Origin: Camelus ferus
Taxonomy: Eukaryota
Reading direction: 5' to 3'
DNA: 64,000 nucleotides
Assembly: GCF_009834535.1 (NCBI RefSeq)
Contig: NC_045707.1
Coordinates: forward strand, 53,446,001-53,510,000
The first letter of the stretch is position 1. Each line of letters starts with the position of its first letter. A model generated the notes under the pieces. It was not told where the DNA came from. It made no database searches and worked only from the letters and a program-made list of their open reading frames with translations. This document shows, piece by piece, positions 41,636 through 53,900 of the stretch. The position numbers and the translations under genes are program-made.

Positions 41636-44600
41636 GTCCAAGCTCCACTTTAGGGCAATTCAGTCAGAATCTTTGAGGGTCGACATGAATGTTTTTCATC
41701 TGAGGCTGAGGACTGCAGGTGGACAGGGTGACGAGGTGCAGGAAAGGGACTCCAGAGGCCGGTGGCCGACCTCACCTCGCCACCAGCACGAGGGAGCCGT
41801 CAGAGCCTGGGTGGCGCTGCTTGGTGTGGCCTCCGAGTCGAGGGGCCACAGCCATGACCTACCCCCTCACGACGACTTTAAGCCCATTTTTCATCTCCTC
41901 CCAGTTTGGAATTCTGTCTTTGAGGAGCTCTGTGAAGCTTGCTCTTAATCAGAGTAACCAGATTGAATTCCCTGAGGCCAGAGTGATCAAAATATAAATG
42001 AGTTTCAGATAAACTAATGCTATCACTGAAAAGAGCTTGGGCCAGTGACAAGTCAGGCAAGAAGGCCCGGAAGGGAGGTGAGGGAGCCCCACCCAGCCAG
42101 ATTGCTCCGGAGCCCGGATTTCTGCCGTGGACCTGCCAGGGACGAGGCTGGCGAGGGGAGACTAGAGATGGTGCTGCCAGCACGTCAGGGAGCTAAACCA
42201 GCCGCCAGGGCCTGCTCCACCTCTGCACTTGCTGCGAGAGAACACAGGAAATTTCTTCTGTTTAAACTGATGACAGGACAAAACTGACACAGCGAATTCC
42301 TGCCAGGCAGCGGTTCTCAATTACAGCAGCTGAAGATGACACCTGCCTGGTAGTGCGAAAAAACGGGACGAAATCTCACTGATTTCTGGGTTCCACATGC
42401 AGAGGTCCTGATTTATTTCGTCTTCAGTAAGTAAAGGCACTGGGACAAGGCTGAGACCCCTGGCACCAACGTTAGGAGACTCCTGTGGCCTGGCTACAGA
42501 AGCTGCCTCAGAGCTCAAGCTGAAAGCTGAGCAAGGGTGAGGCAAAGCAGGAGCTGGACACGTGCCTCTTGTTCTGGGCTCCCGTCAGGGCCGAGCACAG
42601 CCAGCTCTTGCCCTGTGGTGGGCAGTCTACAGGGCACTGCCAGAGAGCTACCTGGGACAGGCATGGACCCAGGGCCCTTGGTAGATGGGGCCTCGTTTCC
42701 TCCTGCAGCAGAAGAGCCGGTGTGTGTGCTGCACGCACGCCTGTGTGCGTGTGTGTGTGCTGGTGGTGGGGCAATGGAGCTTGCATTTTATTTGGGTCTG
42801 GGGAAGCACAGGCTTTCCAGGAAGAAAATCGAGCGGGGACTGAAGGCCTGACTGTGGGGTGAGCCTGCCCTGAGGGGAACCCCAGCATGGCGGGTGTGGG
42901 TTGCACGTATGTAGTGTGTGCACTGTGGTCTCCCAACTTGGGAGTGAGGTGGGCTCTGCTGCTGACCCTGAGACTCCTGGAGGCTGGCAGGAGGATGGAG
43001 ACACGCAAAGGGACCTCAGGGACAGGAAAATCAAAGTCCCGGAAGCACAGCTCTTGGCAGAGGACCCCGGCCTGAGTGGTGCAAGTGGGGTCCCACTGTC
43101 AGTCTAGACAACAGCCACCACTGTCAGGCGGAGGCCGACCTGTGAGGTCGGGGCCCCGGTGCTCATGGGAGAGTCTGCACCATCTCATTTTCCTCGGCTG
43201 AGTTCCCTCCAAGGATGTGACTGCCGACAAAGCACCCTTTCATTTATTCTCCTAGTTAAATAAGAAGAAAACAATGCTTTCCCTTTAAACCTCCCTTTAA
43301 GGGTTACCCAGCACTCACATGCCTGAAAATCCTCAGTGCATGGCCTCAGTGAGGACAGCCGACTCTGACTTTTGAAAGGTGATGATCAGGGAGTGGAGGT
43401 TAAGAAAGTTGTTCAGAAAGTACTGAGTGGGCATCTGGTAGGTGCTGGAGAAGAGACCAGCGTGGGACAGAGTAGTCCCAGCCCTCAGAGAGCTTATTAG
43501 GGAAAGAAGACTAAAATGGGAAGGAAATGAGACGTGATTAAAGGTCAAACTGTGTGACCTCATAACAAAACCCCCTGAGCTGGGGGAGCTGGAGAGGGAA
43601 CCACCTTCCTAAACAAGGCAGGCCGGCAGGTGCAGGGATTTGGCAGGGGCGGGGGCAGGGGCGGGGGTGTGGGGAGGGTGAGCTGGAGTTGAGGAGAGGA
43701 CAGCGGGCAGACAGCCTGAAGGGCCACGGGCAGTGAGGTGGGCACGGGGGCGTGGCCGGGATGAGGGAGACCTCAAGGCCTGGAAGCAGGGGGCAGACGC
43801 TGACTCACGCACCCTGAGTCAAGGCCGCCCCTCCCTCTGCTGTGTCCCAGCTGCTGTGCAGTGAGCTGGGAGTGGCCCAGCGTGACCTGACAGAATAAAC
43901 ATTGCTTCCAGACAGTGGACCTGGTCACTTCTGTATTCCTGTTAAGCTGCTGGCCTCCAGCCCTTTGGTCAGTGACCATCCTCCCAAAATGCTGGCGTAT
44001 TGAGCAATAGACGCATGGCTTCCCGGGCAGAACTCCCAGCTGGCCGGCGTCCTGCTGATACGGCCAGGCACCCCCAGGGCCCTCTGGCTCCTTTCCGCAT
44101 GCCTGACCCCTGGGGGACCATTGCTGGGGGTCACATTTTCCATTTTCACTCTGAGTAGAGACCACTTCATGTTCTTCTCTTGTGTCTCTTGAGAAGTGAC
44201 AAGCCCACAGTGGGTTAAAATTCAATAACACTTTGACTTCCCCAAGTTTATTAGAGGCAAAATTATACATAATTTTAATATTGTATCTTCCATAATAGGT
44301 AAATATGCACCTGAACAGAACTGTAAAGTTACAAAAGGGAAAAGCACGTTTTCCTGTCTCCTCGGCTTGTCCTTCCATCTAATCAGCTCAAGGCAAGCAC
44401 TACTGGGCTTCTTGGGAGCCCTCGAGAAACAGACGATGTTTATGAGCTTTGCTGAACAGAGATTCTTCCACAAATGGCCCTGCGCTGTTCTCACGACTCT
44501 GCATGTTGCTCTGTCACCTGTGACGCCCTGCGGCATTTCTGTGTCAGGACAGTAGTCCTGCCGTGTCTGTTTAACAGCTGCGTGGTATCCCTTTGTGCAG

Positions 44601-47600
44601 GGGACACACCACTCACTTAACCAGGTAACCACTGGTGAGCTTGTGGGACAGACAGTGTTACCACGGATGGGCTTTAAAACACAATTTTGTCCTGGTACCA
44701 GTAAAACTAGACTCATTACTGAACAGAGTACCTGGGTCTTAGGATGTGTGTATTTCAAATGTCCGCGGTTGTTGCCAAATTGCCTCTGAGGGCCACACAC
44801 ACACACCGGCTACCTGCCCACAAGCGATCCACAATGTGTGTTTCCCACGCCCTCAGAAAAGAGCGTGCGTTTGAGTCTCACAGAGCCCTCGTGGGTGCAG
44901 CGCGCTCTGCTCAGGCTGCAATGGGGGGCGGGCAGGGGGGCAGCTGAGGGACTGGCTGACCCTGGGGGGCTGTCCTGGGGTCACGGGCTGGCAGGACCGC
45001 CCCAAGAGCAGCAGCCACACATGCCAGCGGCACAAGATATTTAGGCTTATCCTGTATTTTCCTCCCCCCATCCCAGGAGTCACTCCCTTCCCCAAGAGCC
45101 TTGGCTCCTTTCCTTGGAGAACGGTGTCTGGGGGTAGGGCAGTCGGTGTCGGGAGGATGGCGACCTTCTCAGTCAGCAGGACTGGGAAGCGCCCGTGAAC
45201 ACATGTCTGTGCTTACTTCTGCAACTGTCCACCTTATACATGTTTTTCAAACATCACGAGGTCACGCTAATGCCTCTGGGGTCGGCGCATGGTTCCTTCC
45301 AGCCTCATCTGTCACTTCTTTTCCCAACAACGAGAAACCTGGCTCCCACTGTCTGTGACGCATTCTTTGATTGTTCAACTCCGGACTGACCGCCTACATC
45401 ACAAAGTCTGTACCTCACAGCATCCATCACAACACTGTCTGCCCAAGTCACTTAGGTCAGGGGATGTTTGTTTTTACAGATGACAGGTGACCAGAACACA
45501 CTGTCTGGAGCCTCGGTGGGAGGTAATGGTGCGCAGAAGGAGATGGTGCCGGGGAAGCTGCTCCGAACTGGCAGCCAGGCCACCCCTGCTGGGACTGCAG
45601 TGCAGAGGTGGAGTTGCAGGAAAGTTTCTCCTGAAACCCCGTGGAGCCCTGGGGTCGGGTGAACAGGGGTAGCCAGTTCGGGGCCCAGCTGCCACGTGGA
45701 GTCTGCCCAGTTCCTTGTAGGCCGCCCTGGCCCTCAGGTGGCCTCCCATCCTGCTCTGAGCAGACTCTGGAGGATGGGCTCCCGTGGGCCCTGGGAACCC
45801 TGTACCCGTCAGCAGCACAACCTACAGTTCCCTGGGCCAGGCTCCTCTGAGCTGAAGACATCTTGGTGGGTCCCCATTCCTCCTTTACAGTGAACATGAA
45901 ATGGCTTCCTCTTACTCCACGCTGTGTCCACAGCTTCCTTTCCTGACCAACATTTTGTAGGAATCTGCTACCACCCCACCCACAATCTGGTGGGAAGTTG
46001 GGAACAGCATTGATAGTGAGAGACGCCATGGAGCCCGAGGGAGGGCAGGCCTGCCACGTGGTGCAGCTCCGCCTTCCACAGACATCTGTCCAGGTGTCCC
46101 TGCCCAGGTGCCTTTGTCCAGATGTCTCTAACGTTTCTTTTCAAATCCATTTAGGACAAAACAACAGGTTAGAACTTAAATTGAACTTGTACATCTTTAT
46201 CTTGCAGTGCTAGCATCTGGGGTCAGTAGGCACGGAAGGGGAAAAGGTCTGCAGGAGGTCATTCTTGGAGAGATTTTTAACGAGCTGTAGTGTATTTTCA
46301 GTACCTGCTTCTCATTAGTAGTCGCAAAATCCAGCTACACCTTGGACCAGGCGAAATTGCCTTTTTCCTCTCCTACACTCTGGCTCAGTAAATTCAAATT
46401 CCTTCCTTCCAAAAGTGCTGTCTTCCCCCCTCCCCCATCTCTGCTCTGTTTCTAAAGTACATTCAAGGACTTACAGGGAAATCTGATCCATGTGGGTTGG
46501 ATCATCTACACTTAACTCACAAAAACTGCTCTTTGTAAGAGCTTTTCCACAGCCAAGTGTCTCTGAACAACAATAGAATGTTTTTCCAAGAAAAAGTGAT
46601 AGCTGAACTCCCAAAATTAGTATCTGTACTTTCTGTCCCTTACCCAGACTTTCATTCAATTTAGCCAGCATTTATAACATTTCCTAATATGTACTGGGTT
46701 CATGTCAGGGTTCAAAGATAAAGGCCATCTGGTTCCCATCCTGCAGGAGTTACTAGTCTAATAAACGGAAAGGAAACATGCTGCCGGTGACACTCACTGA
46801 GTCTGAGTATGATCCCAGCTCCGTGACAGAGGAGCCTCAGGGTCACTGGAGGCCGAGCGACCTGCTCAGGGTCCCACAGCGAGCGAGAGGCTAAGCCCCT
46901 GTGAAGCCAGGCCCGCCTCCCGCCCTCTGCTGCTCACCATCAGCAAGGCCGCACGGTCGGTCGCTGTGTGGGAGCTTTGCCAGGCTCCTGCCCTGCTCCT
47001 CCCTCAGCCACCTCCTTCCTTCTTGCACACACAACAGCCCTGAGCAGCCCTGAGCAGTGCCTTCTCGTCCCCATCCCAGGCCAGCCTTGGCTTCAGTCTC
47101 CTCTCATACCAGAGGCGTCACATCCAGGGCAGGCAGCACCTGGTTTTGGAGGTTTTACAATGTTCATGCCCTGCTGAGAGGGCAAAGCAAAGGCCTGGGG
47201 TCCTTCCCAGCAAAACTCGGGGCTAAAACTAGGCAGGAGTGACGGGAAGTGTTTACAACAGCTCTGCCAGAAGCCCAGCAGATGTGTTTAAAGAAAAACA
47301 GACCGACTTTCCAGCAACCGACCCAGCCAGACTCAGCGCTTGATTGGAAGAAAAATGTCCCTTGAACGACACATAATGATGGTGGTTTCAGTGTAAACAT
47401 GGGGACCTGATGGAGACCCAGCCGGAGACGGAGTCCTCTGGTTCATCAGCCACAGCCGACAGCAGAGCTGCTCCTGTGAGACCCGGGCCTGGAGGGGCCA
47501 GTCCCAGCTCTGCTCTGAGCCTGACCCAAGCGGGGAGGCTCCATGTGACCTAACGCCTGGCAGGGCTGCTGAGCCAGGCCCAGTCTCGTCAGGAACAGGC

Positions 47601-50242
47601 CTCTCAGAGCACTTGGCGGGTTCTGCCAGCCCCAGAGGTGGGACTCCAGAAGAGCTTCCCTGGGGCCCAGTTCTGGCTCCTCTGCAGCCTCCTTGCCCTC
47701 TGGGGCAGGGTGGAGATGGGGCCACAACAGCCAGAGAGGAAGTCTGTCCAGTGAAATTCAGGATTTGCGGGGTCCTAGGTAACAGCTTTATTTTTGAAAC
47801 TGAGTCCCCCTAAAACCTAGTTTCCTTACTGCATTTATGATTAACCTCTCTACCTATACTTTTGTTTCCTTACTTGTCCCCTCTGACCTCAATCTTGTGC
47901 TAATTGAACACAAACCAACCAGAATCTGACAACTCAGCAGTCGATCCGTCCTTAACAGACAAGGTCAGGTTTCTGTAGAGCATGATGAGCTAACAGGCCC
48001 TGGGCCATGAGCCACCAGAGTCGTCCCAAAACCATGATTAAGAAATGTAGAAATGTCACAGGACAATGATTAATTCCAGCCTCTTTGTTCTCCTCTTTAA
48101 AACACCCCCAAATCAAAGACCAGGCTGGAATGACTCTGAGGCTCGTGTCCCACTCCCTCCTTGGCGCCTGCAAATATACCCTTATTTTGCTGCCAACATC
48201 TGCTGTGTGTTTGGCTTTCTGCACCGAAGGCACACGAGTCCTTGCTCAGTTAGAGATCCACCCCCAACTTTAAGCATCCTGGATAGTCTGTGATCAGTTT
48301 TCAGCTTCTGCCTATCAAACTCAAATCTACCTGCTGCACTGGAGAATTGCTTGTTTAGATCTGCCCATTTTTGGACTGGGTTGTTTGTTTTTTGGATTGG
48401 TTTTAAAGGTTTATTTAGGTGGGTATAATGCAGCCTTTATTGTAGGATTACTTTAACCCCATTACTAAGGTGTTAGGACTTGGTCCCGTGTCCTGGGTCC
48501 TATGAGGTCCCTCCATCTGCCTGAGTGAATTCTGGCAGTTGTGCCCATCTACTACCTTCTGGTGGTTCCTCATATGCCATATGGAATTTCATTCTATACA
48601 CACAGCACTTAGGTCTGCCAGACACAGCGGGGCTCCTGCAGATCTCAGAATCACTCCTTCTCTGCAGGCCCTGTCATCTAGGTTCTCTGCCCAGAGCCCA
48701 GCTGCCTCGGCCTCCCTAGACTGTAATCTCTTCCTGCTCAGCCAGGCCTCTTGTTCGCGCAGGCTCCCTTCCCTGTGCTGCAGCCTGGATGCACCTCCAG
48801 GAGGTAAGCTGAGCAATCGTAGAACTTATCTTGTCTCTCTTCTCTCAGGGATTCCTTTCACACACTGCCTGTTGTTCAGTCTCTAAAAATAGCCTTTCAT
48901 TTATTTTCTTTGTTATCTAGGTTTTATGGCAGGAAGATAATTTCCAGAGTAGGAATTTCTTTCATGGGTGGAGGCAGATGGTCTGGATAATTTTATTTTA
49001 TTGTTGCTATTATATTGTTTTAAAAAGCCTTCACCAAAATGAAATACCAAGTACCTGTAAAGTTTAACAGCATTTGTTGTCCAGAATATTTTGTAATAAA
49101 TTCAAGGTCAAAATGAAAACAGTAATTATCATACTTGCAACCTGTAGGGGTTGTACTTGGAAATCTACAGGGAATGTTGGAAAGATTAAGCGTTGTTTGT
49201 ACAGCCTGTGAAAACAAAACACTCCCGTATTGAAATGTTGCTGTGACTAATAAGGACATGGTAAGTAGGAAAGATAAGGAAAGGCCCATCAGAGCTACAG
49301 GGGAGTGGGCGCGGAGGGCAGGTGCTTGAGGACGTTCCTTTAAGGAAGTGGCAGAGCACAGATCCGATCAGAAGGTGACGTGGGAGGAAAGCTGGGAGTC
49401 TAGGGAAAGGCAAGGGCAGAAGAGATTTTGTGAACCTCCTTCAGAAACTTCAAAGCCCATCAGGGAGGTGGGACTGGCCTCCAGCCTTTGTGGTGGAGGG
49501 GCAGCAGTGGAGCTCAGCGCAGGATGCGAGCCTGCAGGAGCTGGGGCCCAGCGTGCATGGCTGCTCACATCACCAGAGGCAGCTAGGCTGGGAAGTCAGT
49601 CCCTTCTGCAACTGAGATACAGCAAAATGAGCCCGACCCCAGGGGACCTTCCTGTTTAAAGTAAATTAGTAAAGAAAATGACTCTCTCACAGGGAGTTTG
49701 CCTTTAGTGTAGAAAAAGGGCTTTAACTCTACGCCTCTACTCAAGTTGACCAAGACGCGTGCAAGTCACGAGGCCAGTCGTTCCCTGAGTGTCTTCTGAT
49801 TCTTCCATTTCACGAAAGGCTGTGCTCTGTGCTGCTTCATGATGCACCTGAGTGGCTTCCTGGAGCAAAGGAAACAGTCACAGAAAGGGTTTGATCTGAG
49901 GGTCCTGAGGGATCACCTGCCTGAAAGGTGACTTCCCAGAGGGCCCAGCGGTCACACTCTATTAGACGTAATGTCTGCTTGCTTTCCCCCTGACAAGTGC
50001 CTCTGACCAGGTGGCAGAGAAATATCCGCTGGGTAGGAGGAAAAAAGGAGTGACCGTTGGGACGAGAAGTGTTCTCTAGAGGGGACAAGCGTGGAGGCCG
50101 TGAAGACTCAAGAGTTTAAGGGTACTAAAGCCAAAGATGGAAAAGTGGAGGTGAGAGCAAACACCAGCCCCACCCACATGCTGGCCAGGGGCCATTGCTG
50201 GTCCAGGTCTGCATCCATCGGCCTCTGTCCAACTTATGGCCC

Positions 50243-50900
50243 TGACACAGGAAAAACGAATATGGGGCAAGAGGGCCACGTCCCAGGTCTCAGTTGAGTC
50301 CCTGAGATGTGCCCCACCAAGGGCGGGTCCTTGGCTTTGTGCAGGAAATAATTTAAGAGCGAGCCACAGTTGAGTAAAGATAGATTTATTTAGAGAGAGT
50401 ACATACTACATTGAGTGTAGGCTGTTTCAGAAGGTGAGAGACAGACCACGAGGTGTGGGGGTTGAGTGCTCAGGTTAAAGTAAAAGTAGATACACACTCC
50501 ATAGACAGAGTGTGGGCCATCTCCAAAGATGAGGGAACAAGAGAGGCCACGAGGCACGGTGTTGCCAGTTTTTATGGGCTCAACAGCTTCACATGCCAAC
50601 AAGTGGGAGGGCCATTCCAACTACCCTGGGGAAGGGGCTGGGATTCTCAGGAACTGAGCCACTGCCCACTCTCTGACCTTTTATGGTCAGCCTCAGAACT
50701 GTCCTGGCACCTGTGGGAGTGTCATTCACCATGTTAACATATTGCAATGAGCATACAATGAAGCTCAAGATCTACCAGAAGTCAACTCTCTCGCCATCTT
50801 GAGCCTTAAGACCTGCTGGGAGTTGAATCATCCACCATTTTGGTGTTAATTGCTGTCATCCCTTGAATGGCTGTGCTCTGCCCCTTCCTTCCTGCCTCAC
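50243..50900 (-). mobile_element. ERV1-like solo LTR
   Basis: gtccttggctttgtgcaggaaa...tagatttatttagagag...ccttcctgcctca; homologous to the 32.3 kb copy. Confidence 0.6.
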
Positions 50901-51104
50901 TTGAGCAACCCTTCCTCACTTGAGTGCTTTTCTTTCCTTCTCTCTGCTCGAGTACTTTCCTTCCATCTCCCCTTCTGAGTGATAAAGTGGCTGTTCACTT
51001 CGTCCTTCTGCCTCTGTTGCGTGAATTCTTTCACAGCTGGTGGCAAGGTACACTTTAGTGTACCTCCCAATTTTGGGGTCTAACCTTCCCACTTGTATTA
51101 TTGT

Positions 51105-51560
51105 CACTCAGCGTGGGCCCCGCCAAAATATGCCACAATGACATGGTGTTTGTTGTGAATTAAAATTACTTAATGAATGGTTGATGCAAGAGGAACACTC
51201 TCACCCTCCTCTCTATCTCCCTGAAAGCAGGAAATAAAACTATATGAAAGGTGCAGAAGCCTATATAAACAAACCTTGTTACTTCTTTAATTTACTACCC
51301 CAAGCTCAAACTCTATTTTGATTTTTCACTAATTGAGCACCGAAACCTACATTTCTTTGGTCTGTCAATTCCTCATAAATTTATAGTTTGTTTAAAAGAA
51401 TAAAAACTAGGGGTGGGGTACACCCCTAGTGGTACACTATGTGCTTACCAAGCACAAGGTCCTGGGTTCGATCCCCAATATCTCCATTAAAAAAAATTAT
51501 GAAAGCTGCCTGCCTGGGCTACTTCTTGGTCCCATTTCTGTGAGACCTCTGTGTGCAGGA
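51105..51560 (+). mobile_element. MER34-like LTR, 3'-truncated at the telomere-like array, with a nested Vic-1-like SINE (51410-51497)
   Basis: cc..aaatatgccac, ccctgaaagcaggaaataaaac, ataaacaaaccttgttact, aaagctgcctgc...ttcttggtcccatttctg; SINE core cacaaggtcctgggttcgatcccca; family assignment is from recall. Confidence 0.55.
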
Positions 51561-51561
51561 A

Positions 51562-52715
51562 CTAGGGTTTGGGCTACGGTGAGGGCTAGGGTTAGGGTTA
51601 GGGTTAGTTGACTGGGTTAGGGTTAGAGCTACAATGAGGGCTTGGATGAGAGCTAGGTAGAGGCCTACACTGAGGGCTATGGTTACGGCTAGGGTGAGGG
51701 ATATGGGTAGGGCTAGTTAGGGCTAGCTTAAGGGCTCGGGTTAGGGTTAGCAATTGGGTTAGGGTTAGTGCTATGACGAGGGCTCGTCTGAGGGCTAGGT
51801 TGAGGGATAAGGCGAGGGCTTGGGTTAGGTCTAGGGTTAGGGTTAGGGCTAGAGCTACGATGATGGCTAAGTTGAAGGCTAAATTTAGGGCTAGGGTTAT
51901 TGTTAGGGTTAGGGCTAAGTTTAGGGTTAGAGCTACGATGATGGCTAAGTTGAGGGCTAAATTTAGGGCTAGGGTTATTGTTAGGGCTAAGTTTAGGGTT
52001 TGGTTGAGGTTAGGTTGAGGGCTAAGGTGAGGGCTAGTGTTATGGGTAGGGTTAGGGTTGGGTTAGGGCTTGGTTTAGGGTTAGCGTTTGAGTTGGAGCT
52101 ATGATGAGGGCTTGGCTGAGGGCTTGGCTGAGGGATAATGTGATAGCCTGGGTTAGGTTTAGGGTTAAAGCTAGGTTTGGGCTAGGGTTAGGGGTAAGGT
52201 TAAGACTATGGTTAGGGTCAGAGTTAGAGCTATGATGAGGGCTAGGTTGAGGGCTAAGGTTAGGATTATTGTTAGGGCTAATTTTAGGGCCAAGGTTTGG
52301 GCTAGGGTTAGGGTTAGCATTTGGGTTAGCGTTAGAGCTATGATGAGGGCTTGTTTGAGGGCTAGGTTGAGGGCTAAGTTGAGGGTTAGGGTTATTGCTA
52401 GGGCTAAGTTTAGGGCTAGGGTTAGGGTTAGAGCTATGATGAGGGCTAGGCTGAGGGATAACGTGAGGGCTTGGGTTGGATCTAGGGTAGGGCTAGTATA
52501 GGGCCAGGGTTAGGGCCTGCGTTAGGGCAAGGCTTAGGGCTATGGTTAGTGTTAGGGTGAAGGCTAGGATGAGGCTATAGTGAGGGTTAGGGTTAGGGCT
52601 AGGGCTAGGTTTAGGGTTAGGGTTAAGGTTAGGGTGAAGGCTAGGATAAAGCTATGGTGAGGGTTAGGGTTAAGTTTAGGGCTAGGGTGAGGGCTAGGTT
52701 GGGGTAGGGTTAGGG
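51562..52715 (+). repeat. Interstitial degenerate telomeric array (TTAGGG with CTAGGG/TGAGGG/CTAAGT variants), ~190 hexamers
   Basis: Runs of perfect TTAGGG mixed with variants in 6-bp phase; G-rich strand is on + throughout. Confidence 0.95.
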
Positions 52716-52726
52716 AAGTGTTTTCT

Positions 52727-52847
52727 TTTTTTTTTTTTTTTAATTTTGCTTTTTTTTTTCCCTTTAAATGAGGTACTGGGGGTTGAACCCAGGGCCTTGT
52801 GCATTCTAAGCACACACTCCACACTGAGCTATAATGCCCCTTCTCCC
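52727..52847 (-). mobile_element. Vic-1-like SINE at the right junction of the telomere-like array
   Basis: Poly-T followed by gaggtactgggggttgaacccagggccttgtgcattctaagcacacactccacactgagctata. Confidence 0.88.
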
Positions 52848-53440
52848 AGAAAGTGGTTTCTTAACATGGAATCTACTCCTGGTGAAGACGCTCTGAGGAC
52901 TGTTGAAATGATAATAAAGGATTTAGAATATTACATAGAGTTAGTTGGTAAAGCAGCAGCAGGGTTTGAGAGGATTGACTCCAACTTTGAAAGAAGTTCT
53001 ACTGTTGGTAAAATGCTATCACACAGCATTGCACGGTCCAGAGAAACCATTTGTCAAAGAGTCAATCAATGCAGCAAACTTCACTGCTGCCTTATTTTAA
53101 GAAACTGCCACACCAACCCCAAACTTCAGCAACCACCCCCTTGATCAGTGAGCATCCATCAACATTGAGGGAAGACCCTCCACCAACAAAAAGCTACAAC
53201 TCACTGAAGGCTCAGATGATGGTTAGCATTTTTCAGCAATAAGCCATTTTTTAATTAAGATATGGTACTTTGACTTTTGTAGACATAATGCTATTGCACA
53301 CTTAATAGACTACAGTTGTGTATAAACAACATTAATGTGCACTGGAACACCAAGAAATTCATGTAACTTCTTTTACTGCAACATTCACTTTACTACAGTG
53401 GTCTGAACAAAACCCACAATATCTCAGAGGTGTGCCTGTA
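52848..53440 (+). mobile_element. Tigger1 (pogo-like DNA transposon) 3' fragment
   Basis: Transposase C-terminal remnant [14 protein letters not shown]...[23 protein letters not shown]; terminal repeat ...gaggtgtgcctg followed by ta. Confidence 0.88.
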
Positions 53441-53723
53441 CTTTAGAGAACTGGCTTTGTCACCTAAGAGACCCAAAGTGGAATCCAACCAGTTCTAACA
53501 TGTTCAAGCTTAAACTACTAACTGTAAAAATAATACTGGTAATACCTCTCTCTTAGAGTTACTGTGAGAATTATTATAAGAAAATACTTCTAAAGGGCTG
53601 GGATGCTGGGACCTAGTACGATCATAATCAATGCTAAGTATTAGAAAAGGAGTATAAGCTTTTCCCAATATTGAAATCCAATCTATAACAGAAACTAAAT
53701 TTCTTACAAAATTATCAATTTAC

Positions 53724-53900
53724 CTTTACTGGTCCCATCCTGTGGACATGAAATATTCCTGTTATAAAATCTGTCTATTCTAGAACCATGTCTGCTATCT
53801 CTCTGTGGTTTAAAATTTTTATCTTCATCTGACAGATCACTTCCACTGGAACTCCGTGTTACAGCTGTAATCCCATTGGTACTCTTAGATGTAGTAGGTT
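53724..53900 (-). pseudogene. SPIDR: SPIDR-like exon 4 (last recognisable exon; acceptor reads CTG)
   Basis: 177 nt, (E)PTTSKSTNGITAVTRSSSGSDLSDEDKNFKPQRDSRHGSRIDRF...; cf. human ETTTSKSTSGLTDITWSSSGSDLSDEDK; gtaaat donor. Confidence 0.85.

Noticed and set aside
34100..50200. Many 60-200 aa ORFs between SOWAHC and the array
   Set aside because: No recognisable homology or consistent exon chain; consistent with moderately GC-rich intergenic DNA, though a lncRNA cannot be excluded
32335..50900. Same-family LTR pairs (32.3/50.3 kb; 33.4/37.6 kb) as possible proviruses
   Set aside because: No gag/pol/env remnants, primer-binding site or shared target-site duplication visible; best read as independent solo LTRs
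51562..52715. Head-to-head telomere fusion or CRISPR-like array
   Set aside because: No inverted CCCTAA block and no unique spacers; eukaryotic hexamer repeat
52746..53144. 132-aa ORF beside the telomeric array
   Set aside because: Chance fusion of antisense SINE sequence and a Tigger1 transposase C-terminal remnant
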